Source: Syntrophomonadaceae bacterium (GTDB lineage: Bacteria; Bacillota; Dethiobacteria; DTU022; UBA8154). From it: a stretch of 64,000 bases of DNA. The translations under genes were made by a program, and so were the position numbers. Position 1 is the first letter of the stretch. Each line of letters begins with the position of its first letter. A model generated the notes under the pieces. The model saw only the letters and a list, made by a program, of their open reading frames with translations, did not search any database and was not told where the DNA came from. Location: NCBI GenBank assembly GCA_007135125.1, contig SLJK01000032.1:16237-80236 (forward strand), in the 5' to 3' direction. Below, in pieces: positions 26,801 to 36,443 of this stretch.

Positions 26801-27940
26801 TCAGTTAAAATAGTCGCCATACTCAGCAGAGTATTTTTCCTGGAGGTCCTTAACTGTTTGCAGGATTTCCTCGCCGGGCAGGCCTTGATCATTAAGACCC
26901 TCCACGTAGCCGTCCTGGACTGGCTCGATCGCTTCCATCCATCTTTCTACTTCATTAGCGTCGAGTTCGATTATTTCATGACCGAATTCATCCACGGCAA
27001 ATTCCTGACCAAACAATGTATGCTCGGTTCTTAGCACTCCATATTCATAGACGTACTTTTCGTTCACTTCGTCAAAAATCTGTTGTACTTCGGCGGGGAA
27101 AGAGTTCCATGTGTCCTGGTTCATGACTTTTATAAACGTAATGTTGTAGAGGAAAGGTGTCTTGGTGATGTAGTTGGTTACCTCGGCCAGCATAAATCCT
27201 TGAAGGGTATCGGTAGGGGCAAGGATTGCCTCCACGATTCCCTGGTCCAGGGCCAGGTATGATTCGGACATGGGCATGGTAGTGGGGGTTCCTCCCAGCG
27301 CCTCTATCACGGGGACCGAACCGCCGGCTGCCCTTGTTTCCATGCCCTGGTAATCGTCCAGCGTGTGGACAGGAGACTGCGAAATGATATCCCCGGGTCC
27401 CGTGCTCCAGAAATGCATGACCTTTACATCTTCATATTCCTGCGTAACCAGGTCATAAGTTTCAAAAGCATCCTGAATAACCATGGAGGAAACCAGGGCG
27501 TTGTCGTTAGGGAAGCCAGGGAGCTCAAAGGTTTCTGTGACAGGGAATACCCCCGGAGTGTAAGAAGGGCAGGTAGAGCCCAGATCGGCAGCTCCGTCGG
27601 CTACACCTTCATATATTTCCGTTGCTCCCAGCAAAGCGCCCGCGGGGTGCCAGTTGAAGTCGATGGTGTGGTTGGTTTCCGATTCTACACGATCTTTTAT
27701 CTCCTGTGCCCAGACTTGGTGTCCATCTGCAACCTGAAAGTCTTCACCAGGCCAGAAAGTAGCAAATTCCATGGTAAAATGTTCTCCTTCTGCATCAGGA
27801 TCTGCAGGCTCGGCAGGTTCATCCGGCTCATCTACGTCAGGATCCGGAGCGGGTGCAGGTTCATCAGGAGCACAACCCACAAATGCAAACATGGATACCA
27901 TCGCTATGGCTAATAACAGAATAAACAACTTTCTTTTCAT
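26801..27940 (-). CDS. TRAP transporter substrate-binding protein (DctP family) paralog, lipoprotein with P/D/E-rich linker
   Basis: Lipobox …FVGC, then APDEPAPAPDPDVDEPDEPAEPADPDAEGE linker, then a DctP fold. Confidence 0.75.
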   Translation of the reverse strand: MKRKLFILLLAIAMVSMFAFVGCAPDEPAPAPDPDVDEPDEPAEPADPDAEGEHFTMEFATFWPGEDFQVADGHQVWAQEIKDRVESETNHTIDFNWHPAGALLGATEIYEGVADGAADLGSTCPSYTPGVFPVTETFELPGFPNDNALVSSMVIQDAFETYDLVTQEYEDVKVMHFWSTGPGDIISQSPVHTLDDYQGMETRAAGGSVPVIEALGGTPTTMPMSESYLALDQGIVEAILAPTDTLQGFMLAEVTNYITKTPFLYNITFIKVMNQDTWNSFPAEVQQIFDEVNEKYVYEYGVLRTEHTLFGQEFAVDEFGHEIIELDANEVERWMEAIEPVQDGYVEGLNDQGLPGEEILQTVKDLQEKYSAEYGDYFN

Positions 27941-28284
27941 TCAATTGACCCTCCTTCAAAGTTTTAAAAAAATAAACAACCCCTCTTGTAATACCCGACG
28001 CCGACTTTTTATCACCACCTTTCTTATGAATACGTTACTAAAATAGTTACAGTGAAAATCACTACAGTCAACTATCCCTTGGAACATTCTGAAAATAATC
28101 TATGTTAACTCTATCACAAATAATTTATGGAATCAAGCCATTTTTCATGTACTAAAAATGGACAAATGAAAAATTCCAGGAAATTAAGTGGGATACGAAA
28201 AAATATTTCGCCTACTGTAGTTATTTATAACAAATATTGCAAATATATAACTATCCCTAATACTTGCCAGCTGTGGCTTGATCT

Positions 28285-28428
28285 TTAAAGTAAGTATCGA
28301 GAAACCAGGAAAAGGATTATTCCAATTAGAAGAAGGGTAAGCCCCAGCCTGACGATGAGCATGACTCCTTTAATAAACAATATTAGAATAATCAAGGCTG
28401 CCAGTATTAGTAACGGTACGTAAAGCAT
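28285..28428 (-). CDS. hypothetical 47-aa two-helix hydrophobic peptide (not in ORF track)
   Basis: MLYVPLLILAALIILILFIKGVMLIVRLGLTLLLIGIILFLVSRYLL*. RBS GGGGAGGAA overlaps the SDR stop. Confidence 0.25.
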   Translation of the reverse strand: MLYVPLLILAALIILILFIKGVMLIVRLGLTLLLIGIILFLVSRYLL

Positions 28429-28442
28429 CACCGGTTCCTCCC

Positions 28443-29210
28443 CTATACCGTCATTGAGCCTCCATCTACCATAATAGTTTCTCCTGTAATATAACTGGAT
28501 GCCTCCGAGGATAAAAATAATACCGGATGAACGATTTCAGACGGTTCGGCAATTCTGCCCAGGGGAATATTGTTGATTATATTATCGTAGTTTTCTTGGT
28601 TGGACCAGAAAGGTTTGCTGAAATGGGTTTTTACCATGGCCGGCGCCACAGCATTAACCTGGATATTATACGGAGCTAGTTCTGAGGCCAGCACTTTGGT
28701 AAGCATTTCTAAACCGGCTTTTGCTATACCGTAAATTCCCATTCCGGCAGAAGCTTTTCGTGATGCTATGGAAGAGATATTAATAATTTTGCCGCTTTGT
28801 TGTTCTTTCATGATCTCGGCAGCTTTTTTTGAACAGAGAAACGTTCCTCCCAGGTTTGTCTCTACGATTTTTTGCCACAGGGAATAGTCAGTTTCTAATG
28901 TAGATGGAGTAACCAGATTCATACCCACATTATTGACAAGGACGTCAAGACGTCCAAACTTTTCCAGGGTAGCCCTGAAAAGTTTGGCTACATCTTCTTC
29001 CCTGGCAATATGTGCGGTCATCGCCAGTACATTATCTTTATTGTCAAGGCCTTCCAGGACAGCCTCTATTCCTTCTTTCTTTCTGCCGCAGAAAGCCACC
29101 TTTGCTTTTTGTTCTAACAGCGTCTTTACCATCTCCAGGCCAATACCCCTGGTTCCCCCGGTTACTAAAAACACTTTATTTTCCAGGCCATACCAACAAT
29201 TAGAAGGCAT
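28443..29210 (-). CDS. short-chain dehydrogenase/reductase (FabG-like)
   Basis: TGGTRGIG Rossmann motif, NNVG, S…YxxxK (IYGIAKAG) catalytic motif. Confidence 0.8.
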   Translation of the reverse strand: MPSNCWYGLENKVFLVTGGTRGIGLEMVKTLLEQKAKVAFCGRKKEGIEAVLEGLDNKDNVLAMTAHIAREEDVAKLFRATLEKFGRLDVLVNNVGMNLVTPSTLETDYSLWQKIVETNLGGTFLCSKKAAEIMKEQQSGKIINISSIASRKASAGMGIYGIAKAGLEMLTKVLASELAPYNIQVNAVAPAMVKTHFSKPFWSNQENYDNIINNIPLGRIAEPSEIVHPVLFLSSEASSYITGETIMVDGGSMTV

Positions 29211-29403
29211 CCAAAACTCCTTTCGTTAACCGCATCTTCTCAAAACATTTTGTCTTTTTTATAAAGATTCTCTTAAGTAATAAAAATTCCTTCCCTTGCG
29301 AAAATATTTATAAGGGAAAATATGTCAAGGTTAACAAATATTTTTAGACACAAAAATTGAAACGATCCTTGTCGGGTTAGTTACATCCTTGGGCGAGTTA
29401 GGG

Positions 29404-29432
29404 TTGATTTTTTTACAAAAAAATAATATAAT
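29404..29432 (+). promoter_or_regulatory. sigma-A promoter for tRNA-Arg(CCT)
   Basis: TTGATT, a 17-nt spacer, then TATAAT, about 30 nt upstream of the tRNA 5' end. Confidence 0.4.
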
Positions 29433-29467
29433 ACCTGCAGCGTTGATAGGCTTCTTTACACAGGTGA

Positions 29468-29543
29468 GCACCTGTAGCTCAGGGGATAGAGCACCGGATT
29501 CCTAATCCGGGTGTCGGAGGTTCGATCCCTCCCAGGTGCACCA
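29468..29543 (+). tRNA. tRNA-Arg (anticodon CCT), CCA encoded
   Basis: 76-nt cloverleaf folded by hand: acceptor GCACCTG/CAGGTGC, anticodon stem CCGGA/TCCGG, loop TTCCTAA, T-loop TTCGATC. Confidence 0.8.
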
Positions 29544-29585
29544 TTTTTATGGCTAAACTTTTTTGCTTGGCAGCTAAATTAATAA

Positions 29586-29621
29586 AAGGATGCTTCCTAA
29601 GAAAGGAAGCATCCTTTTATT
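29586..29621. terminator. intrinsic terminator between tRNA and thiolase (bidirectional)
   Basis: 12-bp stem AAGGATGCTTCC / GGAAGCATCCTT, a 7-nt loop, flanked by A-run and T-run. Confidence 0.5.
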
Positions 29622-29681
29622 AAAAAGAGTTATTTTTCGAAAACCCGGTTAAATACAAATTGATTGTTTACTGCATAATGA

Positions 29682-30878
29682 TTAACCGGTTACCTTAACA
29701 ATGAGGCTGGCACCTGTGTCGCCGGCGGCACATCCGGTAAAGAGCCCGTAACCACCGCCCACTATGACTAATTCTTCGATCATTTCAGCAATACATCGAC
29801 CGGCAGTAGGTCCCTGCGGGTGCCCGAATATCATAGAGCTGCCATAGTTATTGAAGCTCATGGGGTCTAATCCCATTTTTTTGGACATATATACATCATT
29901 AGCAGCAAAAGGGTTGTGTGTTTTTATAACTTTTATATCTTTCAGGGCAAGCCCAGCATTTTTCAGTGCATTTTCCGCTGCCGGCACAGGGGCAGCAGCC
30001 ATAAACCCTTTATCTACCCTGGTGAATCCATAGGAGACAACCTGTATCTCTACGTTTTTGTCCGCACTTAATTCCTGTGCTTTTTCTTTGGTGGTAACGA
30101 TAAAACCACAGTTGCCATCGGCAGGATGGGTTTGGACTCCAGAACTGTGCACGCCGTCTGGTAGGAACGCTTTAAGGGAAGCAAGCCCTTCTTTAGTTCT
30201 TGGTGTGACTCCTTCGTCGGCTTCCAGGGTGCCCCTTTTCTTCCTGCTGATCTTATATTCCACGGGAAACATATAACGTTTCTGGAATTCGCGGTCGTTA
30301 GCGAGAGATTCCTGGTACTGCTCGTAACGACGAAGGGCAACTTCATCACAGAGTTCCTTGGTAATTCCTTCAATTGAGCAAGCAGTATTCTCCGCTGTTT
30401 TGATCATGGGGAGTCCTACCCAGGGGTCGGCATTGAAGTTATCCATCATCCAGTTTTCAGAGATTACTTCGCCACCCGGGCCCAACGGGTTAGGCCAAAC
30501 CGTATGAGGTCCGTTGGAGCAACGGTCTGTCATAAGACAGAAAGCCAGGTTAAGGTTTCCTGTTTCCACGTTCATGGCTGCATAATTGAGACATGTGGTA
30601 GATGTGGAGCAAGCTTGAGAAATATGCAAAGCAGGAACCTGTTCTGCCCCCAGCATGCCGCCGGCCCAGGTGGATGCATAAAATGTGTGCAGCTGCCCTA
30701 TTGTTTTTCCAAAAACAACGTAATCGATCATTGCCGGATCAAAACTCTTTGAGTCAAGCCACCGCTTGGCAGTGACTGCCCCCAGCTCGATAGCATTGTC
30801 ATTTTGCAGGCTGCCCTGCCAGCGTGCGAATGGTGAGCTGAAGTAGCCACGGAATGGAATAAACGCTTTTTCATACAT
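29682..30878 (-). CDS. thiolase-family acyl-CoA acetyl/acyltransferase
   Basis: …QACSTSTTCLNYAA… (active-site Cys), C-terminal …GCAAGDTGASLIV… The track ORF extends to 30995. ATG 30878 with RBS AAGGAGG is the likely start (MYEKAF…). Confidence 0.8.
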   Translation of the reverse strand: MYEKAFIPFRGYFSSPFARWQGSLQNDNAIELGAVTAKRWLDSKSFDPAMIDYVVFGKTIGQLHTFYASTWAGGMLGAEQVPALHISQACSTSTTCLNYAAMNVETGNLNLAFCLMTDRCSNGPHTVWPNPLGPGGEVISENWMMDNFNADPWVGLPMIKTAENTACSIEGITKELCDEVALRRYEQYQESLANDREFQKRYMFPVEYKISRKKRGTLEADEGVTPRTKEGLASLKAFLPDGVHSSGVQTHPADGNCGFIVTTKEKAQELSADKNVEIQVVSYGFTRVDKGFMAAAPVPAAENALKNAGLALKDIKVIKTHNPFAANDVYMSKKMGLDPMSFNNYGSSMIFGHPQGPTAGRCIAEMIEELVIVGGGYGLFTGCAAGDTGASLIVKVTG

Positions 30879-30931
30879 TGAATGAAACCTCCTTGATAAT
30901 AATTCAACTACTCCCGAATTTAGTCGGTGGT

Positions 30932-30945
30932 AGTTTGATTTGCTG
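30932..30945. promoter_or_regulatory. perfect 14-bp palindrome GCTGCTTAAGCAGC (candidate operator) upstream of thiolase
   Basis: Self-complementary 14-mer 54-67 nt upstream of the thiolase start codon. Confidence 0.25.
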
Positions 30946-31282
30946 CTTAAGCAGCCCCAAATTATGCAACCGCAAAAATATCTAACCTCATACAAACAAA
31001 AAATGATACAGCTTATCCGCGCATGTTGTCCCCGCTATGGATTGTACACCTCCTTTTTGTGCATGATTGGAAAAAGTGATGCCGGTATCCGATAAACAGC
31101 TATTCAATGAATATTTCAACTTCCTCTTTGTATATTCGCCATAAATAATGCTTTCCCTGCCAGCTGCACTTCAAAAAGGTTTATCAATAATTAACGGTCT
31201 GCTACAAAAAAAATCAAAGATAAGAGGAATGGGGTCGACAGGTGCAGAAAAATAGATAAAGCAAAGAAAGGGGGATTGGTTA

Positions 31283-32941
31283 ATGATAACAATGAAAGCT
31301 GAAGAAGGCAGGCAGTTATGTGAAGAAAAAATATTTCCGCGAAACTTTACCAGGTTTGGTTTAGATGTGAACCCTATTGTGTCTTTTGCAAGTGGCTTTT
31401 TTGTAGTAGTCTTTTCCTTGTTTGCACTTTTAAATTTAGATCTGGCAAGCAGGTTGTTTGAAGCCATGAATGAAGCCATTGTAACGAATTTTGACTGGGT
31501 TTTCATTTTATCCAGTAATTTTTTTATCATAGTTTGCCTGTTCCTGGCCTTATCCAGGTTGGGCACGGTTAGAATTGGAGGTGTTCATGCCCAGGTAGAG
31601 TTTACCAATTTTGCCTGGTATTCGATGCTGCTTTCTGCCGGTATGGGCATAGGCTTGATGTTTTGGGCAGTGGGTGAACCCCTGCATCATTTTGCTAATA
31701 CTCCTCCTATCTTTGGCAGCCCTGAGGCAGCCCACACCTCTTTGGCGACCACTTTTTTCCACTGGGGATTACATCCCTGGGGGATATATGCTTTAATGTC
31801 TCTGGGACTGGCATTTTTTGCCTTTAATAAACAGTTACCCTTATCTTTGCGGTCTGTTTTTTATCCTTTGCTGAAAGATAAAATTTGCGGCCCTCTGGGG
31901 GACTTAATTGATACTTTTGCGGTGTTGTCGGTACTGTTTGGGCTGGCTACCTCCTTGGGACTTGGCATTCAGCAGATCAACAGTGGACTGGATTACATGA
32001 CTGGAGTCGGCTTCTCGGTAAGCATACAGATAATTTTAATAGCTTTAATAACTTTGATTGCTATTATTTCTGTTTTGGCAGGTATTGATAAAGGTATTAA
32101 GTTTTTGGCTACCCTTAATATGAAAATTGCCCTTGTTTTTATGGTAATTATTTTCCTTTTGGGTCCGACAGGTTATATACTGCGTCTTTTTTCCAATTCT
32201 CTGGGCTTATACATTGGCAATATTGTGGCAGACTCGTTTTATATAGCTGTGGGTGATGGTTCGTGGCAGGGTAGTTGGTCAATTTTTTATTTGGCCTGGT
32301 GGATTTCCTGGTCACCTTTTGTGGGGATGTTTATTGCCCGGATTTCCAAAGGGAGAACAGTGCGGGAGTTAATTCTGGGGGTCCTAATTGTTCCTTCATT
32401 GCTCTCCTTTTTTTGGCTCTCTGTGTTTGGAGGAACGGCTATATCAATAGATCAGGCTATGGGTGGCTCCCTTTTTGAGGTGGTCCGGGATGATCTTCCC
32501 GTGGCGCTCTTTGAGATGATTAGCTTTTTAAGTGTGCCGGTGTTGGCGGATCTGGCGAGGATGGCCATGTTTATTCTGGCTACAGTTCTTGTAATCGTCT
32601 ATTTTATAACCTCTTCCGATTCAGGTTCTCTGGTGGTAGATAAGATGACTTCTGGCGGGAAGATCAATACCCCGGCCAAACAGCGGGTTTTCTGGTGTTC
32701 CCTGGAAGGATTGATTGCCGCAGTGCTGCTTATAATCGGCGGGGAACAGGCCCTGGAAGCTTTGCAAACCGCGGTAATAAGTGCAGGACTTCCTCTCTCT
32801 ATTATACTGGTTGTTATGACCATTTCGCTTGTAAAAGGGCTGGAAGCTGCACATACTAAACAAATGTGGGTTTTAGATGCTAAAAGGTTTGAAAGGTTTA
32901 TTCATGCACGTTCCGAGGAGGAGGAAACGGAAGGTGAATAA
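31283..32941 (+). CDS. BCCT-family (betaine/carnitine/choline) transporter
   Basis: 552 aa, 12 TM, with the BCCT signature …WGLHPWGIYALMSLGLAFFAFNK…. Confidence 0.85.
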   Translation: MITMKAEEGRQLCEEKIFPRNFTRFGLDVNPIVSFASGFFVVVFSLFALLNLDLASRLFEAMNEAIVTNFDWVFILSSNFFIIVCLFLALSRLGTVRIGGVHAQVEFTNFAWYSMLLSAGMGIGLMFWAVGEPLHHFANTPPIFGSPEAAHTSLATTFFHWGLHPWGIYALMSLGLAFFAFNKQLPLSLRSVFYPLLKDKICGPLGDLIDTFAVLSVLFGLATSLGLGIQQINSGLDYMTGVGFSVSIQIILIALITLIAIISVLAGIDKGIKFLATLNMKIALVFMVIIFLLGPTGYILRLFSNSLGLYIGNIVADSFYIAVGDGSWQGSWSIFYLAWWISWSPFVGMFIARISKGRTVRELILGVLIVPSLLSFFWLSVFGGTAISIDQAMGGSLFEVVRDDLPVALFEMISFLSVPVLADLARMAMFILATVLVIVYFITSSDSGSLVVDKMTSGGKINTPAKQRVFWCSLEGLIAAVLLIIGGEQALEALQTAVISAGLPLSIILVVMTISLVKGLEAAHTKQMWVLDAKRFERFIHARSEEEETEGE

Positions 32942-33004
32942 GACAGGGTTATTTGTTTCCAGGACTTATATTACTATAAAAATTAATTGGGAGGTTTGGA
33001 TAAA

Positions 33005-33778
33005 ATGCCTAGTTGCCAGGTAAAAGGAGTAGAAATAAGCTATCTGGAAGTTGGCCAGAAGTCAAGTTCGCTTAAAAACCTCATTTTTATCCACGGAGCC
33101 GGGGGAAATTCGGGGCGCTGGATAAACCAAATTGAACAACTTGGGAAACAGCACCCTGAACGATATTATGCTATTGCACCAGATCTACCCGGTCATGGTC
33201 AGTCTGGCGGGGAGGCTTGCGGGCAGATTTTTCTTTACCGGGAATGGATAAAGGAAATTGCTGAGGCTGTGGGAATGGGCAGGATAGTAGTTGTGGGACA
33301 TTCTATGGGCGGAGCTGTTGCGCTGGACTTTGCCTTGAAATACCCTCAGTTTGCTGCAGGGCTAATTATTATCGGTTCCGGAACCCACTTTGAAATTGGC
33401 CAAACCCAGCTGGAAGCTTATAGAAGGGGAGAATATACCATGGAACAGGTACGTGCCAGTTTTGCCTCATCTTCACCAACACACCTTGTGCAGAAAATAT
33501 TTCAAGACGCCCGGCAGAGTGATCCCTGGGCGCGCTATCTGGATTTTTTGGCCTGCGACCGCTTTCAGGTGGAAGATCTTCAAAATATTGTTGTTAAAAC
33601 ACTTATCATCTGTGGTGCTGAAGATATTAATACCCCGCCAATACTTTCTGAGCAACTGGCGGATAAGATAAACGGTGCTGAATTGCGTATAATTGACAAT
33701 GCAGCTCACCAGGTTATGCTGGAACAGCCGGAGATTGTTAATAAGCATATCATCCACTTTTTAGAAGAAAAACAGTAG
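33005..33778 (+). CDS. alpha/beta-fold hydrolase
   Basis: …VGHSMGGAVAL… (GxSxG nucleophile elbow) and HG oxyanion motif (FIHGAGGN). Start at ATG 33005 with GGGAGG RBS. The track opens at TTG 32987. Confidence 0.75.
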   Translation: MPSCQVKGVEISYLEVGQKSSSLKNLIFIHGAGGNSGRWINQIEQLGKQHPERYYAIAPDLPGHGQSGGEACGQIFLYREWIKEIAEAVGMGRIVVVGHSMGGAVALDFALKYPQFAAGLIIIGSGTHFEIGQTQLEAYRRGEYTMEQVRASFASSSPTHLVQKIFQDARQSDPWARYLDFLACDRFQVEDLQNIVVKTLIICGAEDINTPPILSEQLADKINGAELRIIDNAAHQVMLEQPEIVNKHIIHFLEEKQ

Positions 33779-33810
33779 CATCCTTATCAGCTTTTTGCTG
33801 AGGGGAAAGA

Positions 33811-35184
33811 TCAGCGCTGCTCTAAAGGGATATAGCTGCTCTTGGGCATAACGTTTTTATAGGCGGGGCGGATGATTTTTCCGCCACTTACTATTTCTTC
33901 TATCCTGTGGGCCGACCATCCGGGAATTCTGGACATGGCAAAAATTGGCGTAAATAACTCCACGGGGATGTTTAACATTTGATAAACAAATCCGGAAAAA
34001 AAGTCTACATTTACAGGAATAGGTTTATCAATGTTCAGTTCTTCAGCAATTACCCGGGGAGCTATTTTCTCGATAACACTGTATAACATGTATTCCTCGT
34101 CCATACCTTTTTCATGCGAAAGTTCCCTGGCTTTTTCTTTTAATAGAAGTGCCCGCGGATCGGAGAGGGTATAAACAGCATGTCCTATACCGTATATTAA
34201 CCCTTTTCCATCAAAAGCCTTTTTCCGAATAATTTTAACCAGGTAATCTTCAATCTCTTTTTCATTGTTCCAGCTATGGACATGCTTTTTAATATCTTCA
34301 ATCATATTGATTACCTTAATATTTGCTCCGCCGTGTTTGGAACCTTTTAGAGCTCCTATAGCTGCCGCAATTACCGAGTATGTGTCCGTATCTGTCGAGG
34401 AAATTACATGGGTTGTAAAAGCCGAGTTGTTTCCCCCGCCGTGCTCGGCATGTAGAATCAGGGTGAGGTCAAGTATTTCTGCTTCCAGTTTGCTATATTG
34501 GTTGTCAGGTCTGATCATGTGCAAAAAATTTTCAGAGGGACTCAAGTCTTTTTGAGGTTTATGAATATATAAGCTCTTGTCACCAAAGAAGTGTGCCCTG
34601 GCTTGGTACCCGTAAGCAGCCATTGTCGGGAAACGCGCAATAAGTTCAATGGACTGCCTGAGAACGTTTGCAACACTGGTTTCTTCCGCTTCTTCGTCAT
34701 AGGAATAGGCGACCAATACACTTCTGGCAAGCTTGTTCATGATATCTTTGCTGGGCGCTTTTAAAATCATATCTTCGTTGAAACCGGCGGGAAGAGTTCT
34801 GCTTTCTCCCAGTAATTCTCTAAAATGTTTGAGCTCTGTGGCATTCGGCAATTTACCAAATAACAGCAGAAAGCAAATATCATCAAAGCCGTGCCTCTGC
34901 TCTTCCTGGAAACCTCTTACCATGTCCTTAATCTCAACACCACGGTAGTACAGCTTTCCTTCCTGGGGTACTATTTCCCCTTCGTCCAGAATGTAGGCGC
35001 GTACTTCTCCGATTTCTGTGAGACCTATTAAAACTCCGGTGCCGTCGCTGTTTCTTAAGCCCCGCTTGGTATTATATTTTTCGTATAATTGCGGGTTAAT
35101 ATAGCTGTTTCTTTCCGCTGTGCTGGCTAATTCGGTAAATAGATCATGCTTGAAAAGGTCAGTATTGGGCTGGTTGGTTTCCAT
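33811..35184 (-). CDS. citrate synthase-family enzyme
   Basis: …LHAEHGGGN… and …GIGHAVY… are citrate/2-methylcitrate synthase signature histidines. RBS AAGGAGAAAAATAAA. Confidence 0.8.
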   Translation of the reverse strand: METNQPNTDLFKHDLFTELASTAERNSYINPQLYEKYNTKRGLRNSDGTGVLIGLTEIGEVRAYILDEGEIVPQEGKLYYRGVEIKDMVRGFQEEQRHGFDDICFLLLFGKLPNATELKHFRELLGESRTLPAGFNEDMILKAPSKDIMNKLARSVLVAYSYDEEAEETSVANVLRQSIELIARFPTMAAYGYQARAHFFGDKSLYIHKPQKDLSPSENFLHMIRPDNQYSKLEAEILDLTLILHAEHGGGNNSAFTTHVISSTDTDTYSVIAAAIGALKGSKHGGANIKVINMIEDIKKHVHSWNNEKEIEDYLVKIIRKKAFDGKGLIYGIGHAVYTLSDPRALLLKEKARELSHEKGMDEEYMLYSVIEKIAPRVIAEELNIDKPIPVNVDFFSGFVYQMLNIPVELFTPIFAMSRIPGWSAHRIEEIVSGGKIIRPAYKNVMPKSSYIPLEQR

Positions 35185-35215
35185 TTTATTTTTCTCCTTG
35201 GCATACAGAAATATA

Positions 35216-35243
35216 CCAAGCCTGTAAATATTTACAGGCTTGG
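35216..35243 (-). terminator. hairpin (13-bp perfect stem) downstream of the acidic SurA-N-like gene
   Basis: CCAAGCCTGTAAA / TTTACAGGCTTGG. Weak U-tract. Confidence 0.35.
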
Positions 35244-35298
35244 TAGTTAGCCCCGGTTATGTTTTTACAAAAAACGAATCCCCATAAGCAAATTGGTC

Positions 35299-36177
35299 TT
35301 ATTGCACTGGCATTTGCATCTGCTGCTGCATTTGTTGTAATTCGTACATCTCTCGTAACTCTTCTTCGGAAAAAATCAGTTCTTCGGGATCAAGATTTTC
35401 ATCTAAATAATTTTCCAGGTAGGTCTGGGTAGGCAGATGTTTGACAATCTCTTCTTCCAATTCCTCCCTGGTTATACCTCTTGCTTCCATCTGGTGCTCC
35501 AGCATCTCTTCTCCACCGAATTGTTGGGCAATTTGCTGATACTGTTCCTCAATGTCTGCATCACTTACAGTGATATCCTCTTTTTCTACTCTTTGCTTTA
35601 ATACAACCTGGGTAATAAGGTTTTCCAGAATTTGTTCTCTTTGCTGTTCTATCATAGCAGAGATTTCATCGCTTTCAGTATCCATTCCTTGCATTTCCAT
35701 CTGCTGTATTTGTTCTTGTTCTATTTCCAACAATTCCTCTTTTTTGATCTCTTCGCCGTTAACTGTTGCTATAGCGGCTTCTTCATCACCCTGGCCGATT
35801 ACTTCCAGGAATTTTTCAATTTCACTCTCTGCTTTAAGCTCTTCCAGGTGCTGCAGCAGTAGTTCTTGTTCTTTCTGCTGTGTTAACTGTTCCTCCAGGT
35901 AAGGCCTGGCTTCTTCAAAACCATCTACCTCTTCCTCGCCGTTCAAGGCAATTTCTTCTTCATCGTTTACTACAATTTCTTCTTCACCATTTCCTGCCAT
36001 TCCGAATATATCAGGCGTATAGTTAATGAAATATGCGCCAAATGCTAATCCTACCGCTAGAGCAATAGCAGCGATAATGATTGCTTTTTTATTCGATGAG
36101 TTTTCCTTTTTCTCCTCACTTGGTTTGTCGCTATCTTCATTATCGGTTATGCCATTATTTTCATTTTCAGTATCCAT
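35299..36177 (-). CDS. membrane-anchored, highly acidic E/Q-rich protein with SurA-N-terminal-like chaperone domain
   Basis: ATG 36177 has RBS GGGAGG; the track opens at 36258. One TM (AIIIAAIALAVGLAFGAYFI), then a long E/Q/D-rich coiled region. C-terminal …TVSDADIEEQYQQIAQQFGG…RGITREELEEEIVKHL… resembles the SurA/PrsA N-domain. Confidence 0.45.
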   Translation of the reverse strand: MDTENENNGITDNEDSDKPSEEKKENSSNKKAIIIAAIALAVGLAFGAYFINYTPDIFGMAGNGEEEIVVNDEEEIALNGEEEVDGFEEARPYLEEQLTQQKEQELLLQHLEELKAESEIEKFLEVIGQGDEEAAIATVNGEEIKKEELLEIEQEQIQQMEMQGMDTESDEISAMIEQQREQILENLITQVVLKQRVEKEDITVSDADIEEQYQQIAQQFGGEEMLEHQMEARGITREELEEEIVKHLPTQTYLENYLDENLDPEELIFSEEELREMYELQQMQQQMQMPVQ

Positions 36178-36443
36178 GATGACCTCCCACCCTGATTTTA
36201 TAACCAACTTGATTAACCATTGGATACCCATTGTAACAGAGTTTATTTTGTTAATCAATAGGCCTAATTGCCTCAGAAAAAAAGTACTCGAAATTACTTC
36301 GTTGCCTTATAATTAAAAAGTACTCCGAAAAAGTGGCGTATTGTCTCATGCCAAAACTTATCTTTTCATTGACAGTAAACAGGGGCTGTGTTAACTTATG
36401 CACAAATCTAGCAAAGCGAACTTTGTAAAGAAGGGAATAACTG

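Noticed and set aside
27365-27913. 182-aa plus-strand ORF
   Set aside because: It is antisense to the DctP paralog. Its low-complexity Arg/Ser-rich translation is typical of an antisense read of an acidic gene.
35552-35902. Ser/Cys-rich 116-aa and 76-aa plus-strand ORFs
   Set aside because: These are antisense of the E/Q-rich low-complexity gene. GAA/CAG repeats read as TTC/CTG give spurious Ser/Leu/Cys-rich frames.
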